Shown here one piece after another: positions 1 to 9,127 of a DNA stretch of 64,000 nt. The stretch is from the IMG/VR virus record IMGVR_UViG_3300027914_001419. One strand, written 5' to 3'. The stretch's first letter is position 1. Every line of letters begins with the position of its first letter. The translations under genes and the position numbers were made by a program. The notes beneath the pieces are model-generated. The model worked only from the letters and a program-made list of their open reading frames with translations, searched no databases and was not told the origin of the DNA. The DNA comes from an uncultured virus (IMG/VR IMGVR_UViG_3300027914_001419). Taxonomy: Duplodnaviria > Heunggongvirae > Uroviricota > Caudoviricetes.

Positions 1-299
1 TGCCACAGGTGTCCACGCCACCCTTCCCGGAAATTGATCCGCCTTGTGTATCGGCGATGGGCTTCACCAATCGCTCGCGCCAGCCCTTCTTCGGTTTCAG
101 GAACGGCAATGAGATGAACATGGTTCGGCATAAGGCAATAAGCCCAGACCTGAACCTGATATTTGCCGCACCACTGGGACATCAAGGCCAGATAGGCTTC
201 ATAGTCATTGTCATGAAAAAAGGTCTGTTGTCGGCGGTTGCCGCGTTGCGTGACGTGATGCGGAAGTCCAGGAGCTATTACTCGTGCTATGCGTGCCAT
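1..299 (-). CDS. HUH Y1 transposase (IS200-like / REP-associated tyrosine transposase), 5' part; runs off the window edge
   Basis: My translation from ATG at 299: MARIARVIAPGLPHHVTQRGNRRQQTFF...WAYCLMPNHVHLIAVP...GHLW. It has the HHVTQRGN and YCLMxNHVHL (HuH) motifs. Absent from the ORF track because no stop lies in the window. Confidence 0.9.
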   Translation of the reverse strand, partial: MARIARVIAPGLPHHVTQRGNRRQQTFFHDNDYEAYLALMSQWCGKYQVQVWAYCLMPNHVHLIAVPETEEGLARAIGEAHRRYTRRINFREGWRGHLW

Positions 300-760
300 T
301 GGGAGACAATATCACAGGAGAACTCGCTGTCAATAAAATATACTGTCACCGAAACTCCCTCGAACGATTGATAACAATGAAGATTGCTGAAATGGGCAAT
401 GACGGGGTCCCCTAGAGGACGATTCTGTGCCCGATGGACTGACAAGCCTTACTCTCTTGTCCTTCGGGCGTCAGGAGTTTCACCACCTGCCACCCCTCAC
501 GAGCCTGCGGAAATCTTCATCCGACGTCTCCCTGACGGTTTCATAGCGACCCGGACCGAATACGGTGTGGTGGCTGTCCTGACAGATCAACCGCAGATCG
601 TTTTGACGGTTCCGGGCATAGGCCGCCTGAAACGCCTGCCCCACGGGACTCATAGAATAACCTTCTAGGAATTTTGGGGACCACCTCTCAATCATCTCCG
701 AAACGATTTCCTGAAAATTGTTTACTCGATACGACTGCTCAAAGAAAAGGAGAAATAGCC

Positions 761-1035
761 ATGGCATTGAGTCTGTCTGAACAGCAGGATCTGCGAATCG
801 TAGTTGAAACGATTTTCGGCAGGCAGTATACGGCACACTGGGAGATGANNNNNNNNNNNNNNNNNNNNNNNNNNNNNNNNNNNNNNNNNNNNNNNNNGAT
901 ATCAGGAAAGAACTGTCGAGAATGGCCAAACGAATAGCCCTCCGTGGAGGGGCATCATATTGGATATGTGAAAATGTCGTGGCCTGGAAATGGAAACAGG
1001 CAGCCGATGCAGCGGGACAGGGCGGGCTGGAATAA
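761..1035 (+). CDS. Hypothetical protein interrupted by an assembly gap
   Basis: AAGGAG RBS before ATG 761 (MALSLSEQQDLRIVVETIFG...). An open frame after the N run ends at TAA 1035. The frame across the gap is uncertain. Confidence 0.3.
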
Positions 1036-1275
1036 AGCTGGATTGCCGGTCAGAATCCTGCCAATCCCTGTTGGTTACAAGCAAGGGACAGACACCCTCA
1101 CAGGAACTTCCCTAGGACATTAATTACCGCTGATTCGCGGTAATTCGGTAATTCCGGGACATCATTTTAACTACCCGGAATTCGATGCAAGACAAGGGCC
1201 GGTCACGGAAACGCAGCCACCGATCGAGGCAGGACGCCGCCAGATGGACCGGCGAAGGCGGGCTTGAGACATCAA

Positions 1276-1304
1276 AGAGATGTGAAGAGACAGATGCTAT
1301 GTCA
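1276..1304 (+). repeat. Left target-site duplication (AGAGA) plus L1 transposase-binding end
   Basis: TGTGAAGAGACAGATGCTATGTCA aligns ungapped to the reverse complement of the right-end R1 site (TGTAATTTCGCGGGTGGTTTGGCA) at 13/24 positions. A further TGGTTTGACA site lies at about 1439. Confidence 0.75.
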
Positions 1305-1594
1305 ATTGCGGGAATTTGCGGGAATGGCTGGGATATTGTGGGAATGTGGGACTGATGCGGGTTTGTGGTGATCGCGCTGGCTTATACTGAGATCTTTGCG
1401 GACACATGGGATTTGCGGAAAACTTTCTTATCGTCACATGGTTTGACAGTTTTTCACGTGACCGAATCAGGCAACTTATCAGCGCATTTTACCGGCGGGC
1501 GGGGTATCGATGAATGAGCCCTCCCGGATGAGCCAGTCCAGATGCTTTAACTGTAAATGGTGTCCCTTCGTCTAACTTTACGGACACTTCACAT

Positions 1595-2095
1595 CTATTT
1601 TTCTCCCTTACGCTCCTTCTCTATTTCTTCCTTCACAATCGTCCAAACCCGCATTTTTCCTACTTCAGACAGCTTGTGCCAGTCGTCCAGGTAGGCTGCG
1701 TCGAGAGGATCGAGAGCGGCGGCCGGTGGCGGCTCCGAAGCTAGGCCCGGCTCCGGGGCGCGGCTCTCCCGTTCTTCTTTAGCGAAAACCGTATGAACAG
1801 CGTGAACCACGCTGCCGTTTACCTGGAAGTTCTTGTTTCCGTTAATCTGTAGGCTGCTGTTCTCTTCCCGCCGCATAGGACCGTCGCCGGTTAAAAGCCA
1901 ATTTACATCAAATCCCAATTTTGCGAATTCTTCAAATACCTTGCCACCTGGAAACTGCTTACCACTTTCATAGTTTTGCCAAGCGGTAAGACTCACATTA
2001 ATAATGAGTGCCATTTCCTTTTGTGTTTTGCCCAGTATTTCTCGTGCATTTTTTAAGCGATTGGCCAACATTTGCATGATTCCCATAGCATTCAA
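1595..2095 (-). CDS. Phage repressor, XRE-family HTH
   Basis: LANRLKNAREILGKTQKEMA...WQNYESGKQFP...VNWLLTGDG; divergent from the early operon at the Mu c position. The true start may be a few codons downstream. Confidence 0.85.
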   Translation of the reverse strand: MNAMGIMQMLANRLKNAREILGKTQKEMALIINVSLTAWQNYESGKQFPGGKVFEEFAKLGFDVNWLLTGDGPMRREENSSLQINGNKNFQVNGSVVHAVHTVFAKEERESRAPEPGLASEPPPAAALDPLDAAYLDDWHKLSEVGKMRVWTIVKEEIEKERKGEK

Positions 2096-2218
2096 GTTTG
2101 CGAGCTAAACTTGAACGTTATTCTTGATTTTACTTGAATGCATTCAAGTTTCACAAAGTATTAATATTACACACTAAACTAAAAAATGCTCCACTATTTT
2201 AGTAAAAATTAACTTGAA
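2091..2218. promoter_or_regulatory. Operator-like repeats (TTCAAGTT/AACTTGAA) between repressor and early promoter
   Basis: Copies at 2091, 2108, 2132, 2143 and 2211, including the palindrome ACTTGAATGCATTCAAGT (2132-2149). Confidence 0.6.
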
Positions 2219-2231
2219 CGTATTATAGTTA

Positions 2232-2260
2232 TTGACAATCACAATTATTGTTGTTATAAC
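2232..2260 (+). promoter_or_regulatory. Sigma70 early promoter (Pe-like)
   Basis: TTGACA-17 nt-TATAAC. Confidence 0.85.
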
Positions 2261-2317
2261 CAGCCCATCACCACGTTACCGAGACAACGCGCCCGACGAA
2301 AAAAAAGGAGAAAGAAA

Positions 2318-2554
2318 ATGGCAACCCAACAAGATGAAAACATGACTGCAAACAGTACTGATTTACTCGACTTTCTGAACAGGCATAAAGGCCACTTGCT
2401 GATAGATGTCAGCGGCAAGGGATTGGGCGTTGCTGACTGTCTGGATTCCTTTGGTTTTCAGGTTAATCGTGTCCGGCCTATTTCCGGCTCACTTTTTCAA
2501 AGGGCAGAAAGCTTGCTGGATGGCTTCGAGAATGAGGGCAACAATAAGGCATAG
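2318..2554 (+). CDS. Early hypothetical protein (MATQQ cassette 1) with a terminase-nuclease-like segment
   Basis: AGGAG RBS; first gene after Pe; contains LLIDVSGKGLGVADCLDSFGFQVNRV. Confidence 0.6.
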   Translation: MATQQDENMTANSTDLLDFLNRHKGHLLIDVSGKGLGVADCLDSFGFQVNRVRPISGSLFQRAESLLDGFENEGNNKA

Positions 2555-2827
2555 TCCTCTATTTTCAACCCCGGTTTTTCTTCTTTCTCTGCCTTCCAGG
2601 CACTCAGCAGCAAGGCTCAGAGCTGCTTCTACTTCTCTACGCTCCTCTGAGCCAGACTCAAAAAGGGAAAGGTCAACATAGTCTGCGTAACGATCTTGTA
2701 GCAGTTTGATTATTGATTTTTCTCTTGCAGCATTATGAACTTCTTGAAATGTCAAATCAGAACCGGGATTGCTGTCGAGGATGCAGTTTACTTCAAACCC
2801 AAGGTGTGTAAGCGATGACAATCTCAT
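2489..2827 (-). CDS. Hypothetical accessory protein, convergent with and overlapping cassette 1
   Basis: 112 aa, AGGAG RBS, lower GC than the phage core. Confidence 0.65.
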   Translation of the reverse strand: MRLSSLTHLGFEVNCILDSNPGSDLTFQEVHNAAREKSIIKLLQDRYADYVDLSLFESGSEERREVEAALSLAAECLEGRERRKTGVENRGLCLIVALILEAIQQAFCPLKK

Positions 2828-2998
2828 TTTTTGGTTCTCCTCATAATGTTTTAAATTCGGGCATCAAGCCCGCAAAGTAATTCGGTCTATTGGTGTATAA
2901 CGCGCCGGACTAAAAAAAGGAGGGGAGGACAAACTACTCCTCACTTACCAACGAATTATCACCGTTGCCGGACTACGGCCGAAAAAAGGAGAAAGAAA

Positions 2999-3484
2999 AT
3001 GGCAACCCAACAAACGATTCAAGAGGTCTTCCGTGACCTGGTCGCGGTATTCGGCGATCCAGGCATGCTGGAAGAAAAGGTCAGGCTGTATGCCGATGCG
3101 CTTGAAGACGCGGACGACGCAGAGCTAAGGCAGGCGTGCCGCCTTTATATCCAGGATGGCCGCCGGTTCCCTTTCCCTGCCGATCTATTTGCCCTGCTTT
3201 GCCCAATCGAGTCCATGAAGGATTACTGGGAAGCGCGCAAACGGCCATCCGCGCTTGGCTGCGACTGTTCAGGGCACACGGTATATGTCCCGGAGAATCA
3301 CCCCGCCGGAGAAGGAGGCCGCATGGTTTATGTCCCTAAAGGCGGCCAGCCGACACAATCCGAACCCGGCACGATCACTGTAGACAACCGCGGCCCGGGT
3401 GAGATGGTGGCCGTGCGCCTGGAAGAAGCCGGTTTCAAAGTCCTGCGAGTTTATCCTCGGGGGTGTTCGGGACAAGAGAAGTAA
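2999..3484 (+). CDS. Early protein (MATQQ cassette 2): helicase loader/inhibitor-like N-domain plus terminase-nuclease-like C-segment
   Basis: YADALEDADDAELRQACRLYIQDGRRFPFPADL resembles G39P-type helical domains; the C-terminus has ITVDNRGPGEMVAVRLEEAGFKVLRV. Confidence 0.6.
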   Translation: MATQQTIQEVFRDLVAVFGDPGMLEEKVRLYADALEDADDAELRQACRLYIQDGRRFPFPADLFALLCPIESMKDYWEARKRPSALGCDCSGHTVYVPENHPAGEGGRMVYVPKGGQPTQSEPGTITVDNRGPGEMVAVRLEEAGFKVLRVYPRGCSGQEK

Positions 3485-3710
3485 ATACCATGACCTTGTG
3501 AACCATCCGCTCGCCGGATGCAAAGACTATGTGTTCCACAGCTTCTACTCTCGCGGCCTCTTTTGGATGCATGGAGTCGGTCCAGGTGCCGGGATTGATG
3601 AAATCGCCCCTATTCATGGGCATAAACGGGGACTGTGACTCAAGGTAGGTCCAAACATTATAAACACTTCCCGGTTCGTAGATTTCCAAGGCGTATTTAG
3701 CTTTTTCCAT
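3435..3710 (-). CDS. Hypothetical accessory protein, convergent with and overlapping cassette 2
   Basis: 91 aa, AAGGAG RBS. Confidence 0.65.
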   Translation of the reverse strand: MEKAKYALEIYEPGSVYNVWTYLESQSPFMPMNRGDFINPGTWTDSMHPKEAARVEAVEHIVFASGERMVHKVMVFTSLVPNTPEDKLAGL

Positions 3711-3741
3711 AAGTCAACTCCTTTCTAAGAGGTTAGTACAC

Positions 3742-3969
3742 ATGACAACGACACGCCCCCCAAAAAACCCAGAGGAGTTCAGCCTCTGGATTCAGTATCA
3801 GCTCCGGCTGAAAAAGTCATCCTACGCCCAGATCGCCCGCCGGCTCGGCATTACCCGGCAGGCGGTCAGGAAATGCGTGCTTTCGCCGCCGCCGAGGATT
3901 GCGGAGGCTATCAGCGCCGAACTGGGAACCACCAGCAAGCGTCTTTGGCCCCACCGCTACGCAGCATGA
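3742..3969 (+). CDS. ner: Ner-like HTH regulator
   Basis: IQYQLRLKKSSYAQIARRLG...IAEAISAELG....LWPHRY matches the Ner/Nlp signature; position upstream of the transposase. Confidence 0.85.
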   Translation: MTTTRPPKNPEEFSLWIQYQLRLKKSSYAQIARRLGITRQAVRKCVLSPPPRIAEAISAELGTTSKRLWPHRYAA

Positions 3970-4028
3970 AAATCACGGTTTCATTACAATTCCGGATGTG
4001 AATATAAACGATTTTCCACGGGTCCGCA

Positions 4029-4502
4029 ATGACGAAGGTTAAGAAAAAATTAGTCAGCGACGCTAATCAGATGAGTCTGTTCGACCTGCTGCGACAGGAC
4101 CAGGCCGAGCGGGAACAGTCCCGTCCGGCCCGCCTCAATCTGTCCGCCCGGATCGACACCGCGATCAGGAACGCCATCGGCGCCGTCCGCAAGAGCCGGG
4201 AAACCCTGGCCGACGAGATGAGCGAACTTACCGGCGAGCGAGTGACCCTGGGCATGATCAACAACTGGACCTCGCCCTCGCATCCGCACGAGATGCCGGG
4301 ACGGTTCTACGCGGCCTTTTGCGTGGCCACCGGCGACATAGAACTGATCCGCATCCAGGCCGAGGCCGCCGGGGTATACACCCTGCCAGGGCCGGACGCG
4401 CTCAGGGCGGAGATACAGAAGCTGGACGAGGAGTCGAAGAAGCTGCAATCGGAGAAGCGGAAGAGGCAGGTATTCTTGCAGGAGCTGGAGGGCAGGAAAT
4501 GA
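4029..4502 (+). CDS. Phage regulatory protein (HTH-like)
   Basis: 157 aa, SRETLADEMSELTGERVTLGMINNWTS; stop overlaps the transposase ATG. Confidence 0.7.
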   Translation: MTKVKKKLVSDANQMSLFDLLRQDQAEREQSRPARLNLSARIDTAIRNAIGAVRKSRETLADEMSELTGERVTLGMINNWTSPSHPHEMPGRFYAAFCVATGDIELIRIQAEAAGVYTLPGPDALRAEIQKLDEESKKLQSEKRKRQVFLQELEGRK

Positions 4503-6721
4503 TCGAGACCGAACGGCATTACCCCGCGAAAGAGCTGGCCGGATTACCCGGGATGCCAAAGACGCAGCAGGCTGTGAACGCCAGAGCCAAACGCGAAGGA
4601 TGGTCTTATCGCGACCGTTCCGGTCGTGGTGGTGGCCGCGAATACGCCCTCACCTCCCTTCCGCCCGAAACCCGCGCCCACCTCGCCCGCCGGTACGCAA
4701 GCGAACGCCGCGAAGCCTCTCCTGAATCAGTGGGTGAGGACAAACAGGCCGACCTCCAGGCCCGCCGCTTCGCGGCGCGCATCCAGAGTCTCGCCACCTT
4801 CGACCGGCTGCCCGAGTGGCAGCGGAAGGGCGCGGAGGCAAAGCTGGCCATCATCCGCGCGTTCGAGACGTTTCTTTCCGTCTCGGGACTTGCCAAGACC
4901 CAGGGACTCAAGGTCTTCGCCTACGAATACACCATGGGCCGTATCGAAATCAGCGAATCGGCAAGGGCCGAGATCCGGGAATTAAGCGCCCGCACGCTGT
5001 CCCGCTGGCTGGGGGATGAACGCGAGCTCGGCGCCATGGGGCTCGTGGACAGCTACGGCAACCGCAAGGGGCAGTCCAAGATCGAGACCTATGTCAGCGG
5101 CGAGGACAAAAACGGCCGCCCGGTAAAGCCCTACGTCACCGCGCTCTTGACCATCATGGTCAAAGATCCCCATGTAACGCCCAAAAAGGCCCATGAATAC
5201 ATGCTCGCCGTCTGCAAAGGCGGGCCGGGCGCCTCCGTAAGGAGTGTCGAGCGCTGGATGGAGGCATGGAAAAAGGAGCACCCTTTCGAGTGGGCGCACA
5301 TAGTTGACCCGGACAAGGCCAAGGGGGGCTTCCAGATCGCCTTTGGCGACGCTGCCGAAGGGATCACCGGGCCGAACCAGCGCTGGGAGATCGACGCCAC
5401 CCCGGCGGATCTGCTGCTTACCGACGGCCGCCACAAGATCATCGGCATCATCGACGTGGGCACACGCAGGCTGAAGTTCCTGGTCTCCCGCACCGAGCGG
5501 GCCGTGGACGGCATCGCCACCGTGCGCCGCGCCCTGCTGGACTGGGGCGTGCCGGTGGGCGGCGAGCTGCGCTGCGACAACGGCAAGACCTACGTCGCCG
5601 AGCACTTTCAGCGCTGCATGCGGGACCTGGAGATCGCGCTGCATTACTGCCGGCCATTCTCCGGCGAGGAAAAGCCGTTCATCGAGCGCGCCTTCTGTAC
5701 CTTTTCCCACGACCTGGTCGAACACCTGCCGGGCTACTGCGGGCACAACGTGGCCGAACGCAAGGCCATAGAATCGCGCGAATCCTTCGCAAAGCGCCTC
5801 ATGAAGCGGGGCGAAGTCATCGAGATGAAGATGACCTCCGCCAAACTCCAGGAATTCTGCGACCGCTGGTGCGCCGTCTACCACGACAGAATCCACTCGT
5901 CCCTGGGCAAGTCCCCGAATCAGGCGCTGTCGGAATGGCCGCACGCCATCCACCGCATCAGCGACGAACGGGCGCTCGACGTGCTGCTGGCGCCTGTCGC
6001 GGGCCGCAACGGGTGGCGCACCATCAGCAAAATCGGCTTCGACATCGACACTTTCAATTACATCTCCCCCGTTTTCGGGGTCTGCGTGGGCAAGCGGGTC
6101 CGCTGCTTCACCACCGAGGACGTGGGCCGGGTGGTTTGTTACATCGAGAACGAAAACAGGGTGATGGATTTCCTCTGCATTGCCGAATGTCCGGAGATCA
6201 CCGGCATATCCCGCGCTGAGGTCTCGGCCAAGGCCAAGGCATACCAAAAAGAGCTGAAGGCCAAAGCGGCGGAACTGAAGCGGCAGTCCAAGAAAGAACT
6301 GCGGGGCAAGTCCGCCGCCGAGATCATCCTCTCCTGCCGCGAAGAAAAGGGCGCGGCATCCAATGTGGCCCATTACCCGCGGCCGTCCGTGGAATACACC
6401 ACCCCGGCGCTCTCCGCATCGGCCGAGGCGGCAAGCGTCCTGGACGGCAAACCCGCCGCTCCCGCTCCGCTGCCGCCCGAGGTGCTGGAAAAGCGCGAAC
6501 AGCTCAAGGCCGAACTGGAGGCCAACAAGGGCAAGGTGGCGCGGATCGAGGTGGAGAGCGACAGGCAGATGTACAAGCGGTGGAAGGGGTTGAAGGAAAG
6601 ACTGGCCCTGGGGGAGATCATCAGCGAAGAGGATTACAAATTCTACCAGGGATTCGGCCGGAGCGCCCTCTGTATGGCGTTCACGGCGGTGGAAGCGGAT
6701 CTCGGGGTGATGACGAGATAA
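4499..6721 (+). CDS. MuA-like DDE transposase
   Basis: N-terminal Mu DNA-binding domain (AKELAGLPGMP...GRGGGREY) and catalytic motifs WEIDAT, CDNGKTY and KPFIERAF. Start placed at ATG 4499 (ATGA overlap). Confidence 0.95.
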   Translation: MIETERHYPAKELAGLPGMPKTQQAVNARAKREGWSYRDRSGRGGGREYALTSLPPETRAHLARRYASERREASPESVGEDKQADLQARRFAARIQSLATFDRLPEWQRKGAEAKLAIIRAFETFLSVSGLAKTQGLKVFAYEYTMGRIEISESARAEIRELSARTLSRWLGDERELGAMGLVDSYGNRKGQSKIETYVSGEDKNGRPVKPYVTALLTIMVKDPHVTPKKAHEYMLAVCKGGPGASVRSVERWMEAWKKEHPFEWAHIVDPDKAKGGFQIAFGDAAEGITGPNQRWEIDATPADLLLTDGRHKIIGIIDVGTRRLKFLVSRTERAVDGIATVRRALLDWGVPVGGELRCDNGKTYVAEHFQRCMRDLEIALHYCRPFSGEEKPFIERAFCTFSHDLVEHLPGYCGHNVAERKAIESRESFAKRLMKRGEVIEMKMTSAKLQEFCDRWCAVYHDRIHSSLGKSPNQALSEWPHAIHRISDERALDVLLAPVAGRNGWRTISKIGFDIDTFNYISPVFGVCVGKRVRCFTTEDVGRVVCYIENENRVMDFLCIAECPEITGISRAEVSAKAKAYQKELKAKAAELKRQSKKELRGKSAAEIILSCREEKGAASNVAHYPRPSVEYTTPALSASAEAASVLDGKPAAPAPLPPEVLEKREQLKAELEANKGKVARIEVESDRQMYKRWKGLKERLALGEIISEEDYKFYQGFGRSALCMAFTAVEADLGVMTR

Positions 6722-6804
6722 AAAAAGCCGCGTAGCCGCGCGGCTTCATCCCCCGCCCCCTTCAGAGGGGGGCTTCATGGGGGAAAACAACGACAGGAGG
6801 GATC

Positions 6805-7536
6805 ATGCAACAAAAGGGAAGCGATGTCAAGACGGTGGCCGCGCTGGGAAACGTAGCGCGGGCTGAATACGCCATACAAAGGGCGATGGCCACGTCCCCC
6901 AATCTGCCCCGGATGCTCTGTTTTTACGGGGGGAGCGGTTACGGAAAAACCTCGGCGGCGTCATACCTCCGGGCCAAGCACCGGGCCTACTACGTGGAGT
7001 GCAAATCGACCTGGACCAGGAAGAAACTTCTGAACGACATCCTGCTGGACATGGGAATAATGCCGGAAAAAGCGCTCTACGACATGTGCGACCAGGTATG
7101 TCAGCAGCTCGCCACCAGCGGCCGCCCGCTCATCATCGATGAAATGGACTTTCTCGTGGAAAAGGCCGCCGTGGAAATCGTCCGGGACATCTACGACGGC
7201 AGCAAGGGCGTGGTGATGATCATTGGCGAAGAGCAACTTCCCCTGAAGCTGAAAAAGTGGGAGCGGTTTTCAGGGCGGATACTGGAAAACACACGGGCCG
7301 AGCCCGCCGACCTGGACGACGCCATGGCGCTGGCGGAGTTCTACTGCCGCAGGGTACCGGCGGACGAAGAGGCCGTAGCCCACATTCACGGGCTGTCCAG
7401 GGGGAGCGTGCGCCGCATCTGCGTCAACCTGGAGCTGGCCCAGGAACGGGCACTGTCCATGGGGCTCGACCGCATCAGCATGGACGCGCTGCGCGGCGTC
7501 ACCCTGTATACCGGCGCCCCGCCGGCTGGGAGGTGA
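6805..7536 (+). CDS. MuB-like AAA+ transposition ATPase
   Basis: Walker A GGSGYGKT, Walker B LIIDEMD; follows the transposase. Confidence 0.92.
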   Translation: MQQKGSDVKTVAALGNVARAEYAIQRAMATSPNLPRMLCFYGGSGYGKTSAASYLRAKHRAYYVECKSTWTRKKLLNDILLDMGIMPEKALYDMCDQVCQQLATSGRPLIIDEMDFLVEKAAVEIVRDIYDGSKGVVMIIGEEQLPLKLKKWERFSGRILENTRAEPADLDDAMALAEFYCRRVPADEEAVAHIHGLSRGSVRRICVNLELAQERALSMGLDRISMDALRGVTLYTGAPPAGR

Positions 7537-7537
7537 C

Positions 7538-8128
7538 ATGAGCCAGAGAGCCGTTGACGCAAAACACCCGCTGGAAACCAGGGACGCCGTATGGGAGGCG
7601 ATCCGGCGGCTGCGGAAGTTTACCCTGAAAGACCTGCGGCATGAAACGCGCCTCAAGGCCGACACCATCCGCGACTACCTGACAGGGCTCGCCGCCGCCG
7701 GATATCTGGAGAAATCACCCCCGCCCGCCATTTACACCCTGGTGAAAGATTGCGGCGTTGAGGCGCCCAGGGTGAGAAAGGACGGCAGCGAAATCACCAT
7801 GGGCAAGAGCCGGGAGCAGATGTGGCTGGTGATGAAGGTCCTGGGCGAGTTCTCCGTCCTGGATCTGGCTGTTCACGCTTCCACCGAGTCGGTCCGGGTC
7901 TCGGAGATCGATGCCAGGAACTACCTCATGTACCTGCATAAGGCGGGCTACCTCGCAATGGTTGTCAAGGGCAAGCCGGGACACCGCACAGGATGCGGCG
8001 CCCCGGCCCGCTACCGGTTTCTCCCCGCCAGATATACCGGCCCGCGTCCTCCCATGGTGCAGCGGGTCAAGCAGGTCTACGACCCGAACATCAGGCAAGT
8101 GGTCTGGTCAGGAGGCGCCGATGAATGA
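7538..8128 (+). CDS. Conserved Mu-like winged-helix protein
   Basis: Two wHTH-like halves (TIRDYLTGLAAAGYL, ARNYLMYLHKAGYL) and a GPRPP...VYDPN tail. Confidence 0.75.
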   Translation: MSQRAVDAKHPLETRDAVWEAIRRLRKFTLKDLRHETRLKADTIRDYLTGLAAAGYLEKSPPPAIYTLVKDCGVEAPRVRKDGSEITMGKSREQMWLVMKVLGEFSVLDLAVHASTESVRVSEIDARNYLMYLHKAGYLAMVVKGKPGHRTGCGAPARYRFLPARYTGPRPPMVQRVKQVYDPNIRQVVWSGGADE

Positions 8129-8429
8129 GGCCGACCGGATGAAACTATTGATAAAAATGGTGGGGATATACGGGCAGGCGGCCGTGGCCCGCAGGATTGG
8201 ATATTCTCCCAGCGCCGTATGCCAGATGCTCAAGGGCGAATACAAGGCCGACAAGCGCGCGATTCTCCGGCGGGTGGAGGAAGAGTTCGGCGACACCACA
8301 GTGGACTGTCCGGTCCATGGCGATATCTCCCTCAAGTTTTGCGCCGAGGAGAAAAAAAAGGGATTCAGCACGTCCCGCGCGGATATCTGGCTGGCCTGCC
8401 GTGACTGCGAGAGAGGAGACAAAAAGTGA
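8121..8429 (+). CDS. HTH protein with Cys cluster
   Basis: GQAAVARRIGYSPSAVCQMLKGEY; CPVHG...C...CRDC; GGAGG RBS before ATG 8121. Confidence 0.75.
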   Translation: MNEADRMKLLIKMVGIYGQAAVARRIGYSPSAVCQMLKGEYKADKRAILRRVEEEFGDTTVDCPVHGDISLKFCAEEKKKGFSTSRADIWLACRDCERGDKK

Positions 8430-8662
8430 CCTGCAAAGAGACAAAGCGGCCCCGCTGCCCGCGTTGCGGCGGGTATCTGGCGCCGGATTACGAGCTGGGG
8501 CGGGGGGTAACCTCCCTCAGGTGCATCGGTTGCGGCCGGCGGATCTACCGGGAATTCAGGATGAGGCGGCCCGAGGCCGGAGAGATGGCCGTAAACAGGT
8601 CGGCGGGGATAGCTCACCACAAGGGCGGCGCAAAACGGACAACGGAAAGGAGCAAGTCATGA
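8426..8662 (+). CDS. Small zinc-ribbon protein
   Basis: CPRCGG...CIGCG; overlapping start and stop with neighbours. Confidence 0.6.
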   Translation: MTCKETKRPRCPRCGGYLAPDYELGRGVTSLRCIGCGRRIYREFRMRRPEAGEMAVNRSAGIAHHKGGAKRTTERSKS

Positions 8663-8883
8663 AACAGTTTCTCTATTGGCTGAGATACCGGCTGAGATAC
8701 CGGAAACATCGCAAGGAACAGGCGCAACGCGCCGCATCTCTGGCGGTACGGATGGTCATGAACGGCTGCCTGACCCCGGCGCGGCTGTCCGGGGCCAAAG
8801 GCGCGCCCGGCGCCATCGGGCTGGCAATCCGCGGGCCGCTGCCCTATTCAGGCCCTTTTCCGCCGCGGGGAGGCGAGGCATGA
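8659..8883 (+). CDS. Hypothetical protein
   Basis: AAGGAG RBS, ATGA overlaps at both ends. Confidence 0.55.
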   Translation: MKQFLYWLRYRLRYRKHRKEQAQRAASLAVRMVMNGCLTPARLSGAKGAPGAIGLAIRGPLPYSGPFPPRGGEA

Positions 8884-9113
8884 GCGCCCCGGCGGCGTTG
8901 ACACTGGCCCTGGCCGCCCTGATTCTCGGCTGCACGGCCGGGTCCATGTATCAGACCTGGAGCGCCTATTACCGGAACATGGAGGCCATGACGGGCCGCT
9001 ATCTGGCGGAGAAGGCGTGGCTCGACGCCCGGACGGCCGAGTTCCTGAGTGAAGTCAAGAGCGGCGCAATGGACGTTAAACAGCAATTGAAAAGCCGTAG
9101 AACGGCGAAATAA
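8880..9113 (+). CDS. Hypothetical membrane-anchored protein
   Basis: Hydrophobic N-terminus ALTLALAALILGC; ATGA overlap. Confidence 0.55.
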   Translation: MSAPAALTLALAALILGCTAGSMYQTWSAYYRNMEAMTGRYLAEKAWLDARTAEFLSEVKSGAMDVKQQLKSRRTAK

Positions 9114-9127
9114 AGGAGGAAAGAGGC

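Noticed and set aside
9..668. Plus-strand ORFs 9-371 and 384-668, and minus ORF 480-929
   Set aside because: 9-371 is the antisense shadow of the Y1 transposase; the others lack recognisable motifs or cross an N gap.
339..1182. Possible REP ends for the RAYT-like gene (TACTGTCACCGAAACT at about 341; AATTCCGGG...CCCGGAATT at about 1150-1182)
   Set aside because: Too few and too dissimilar copies in the window to define a repeat family.
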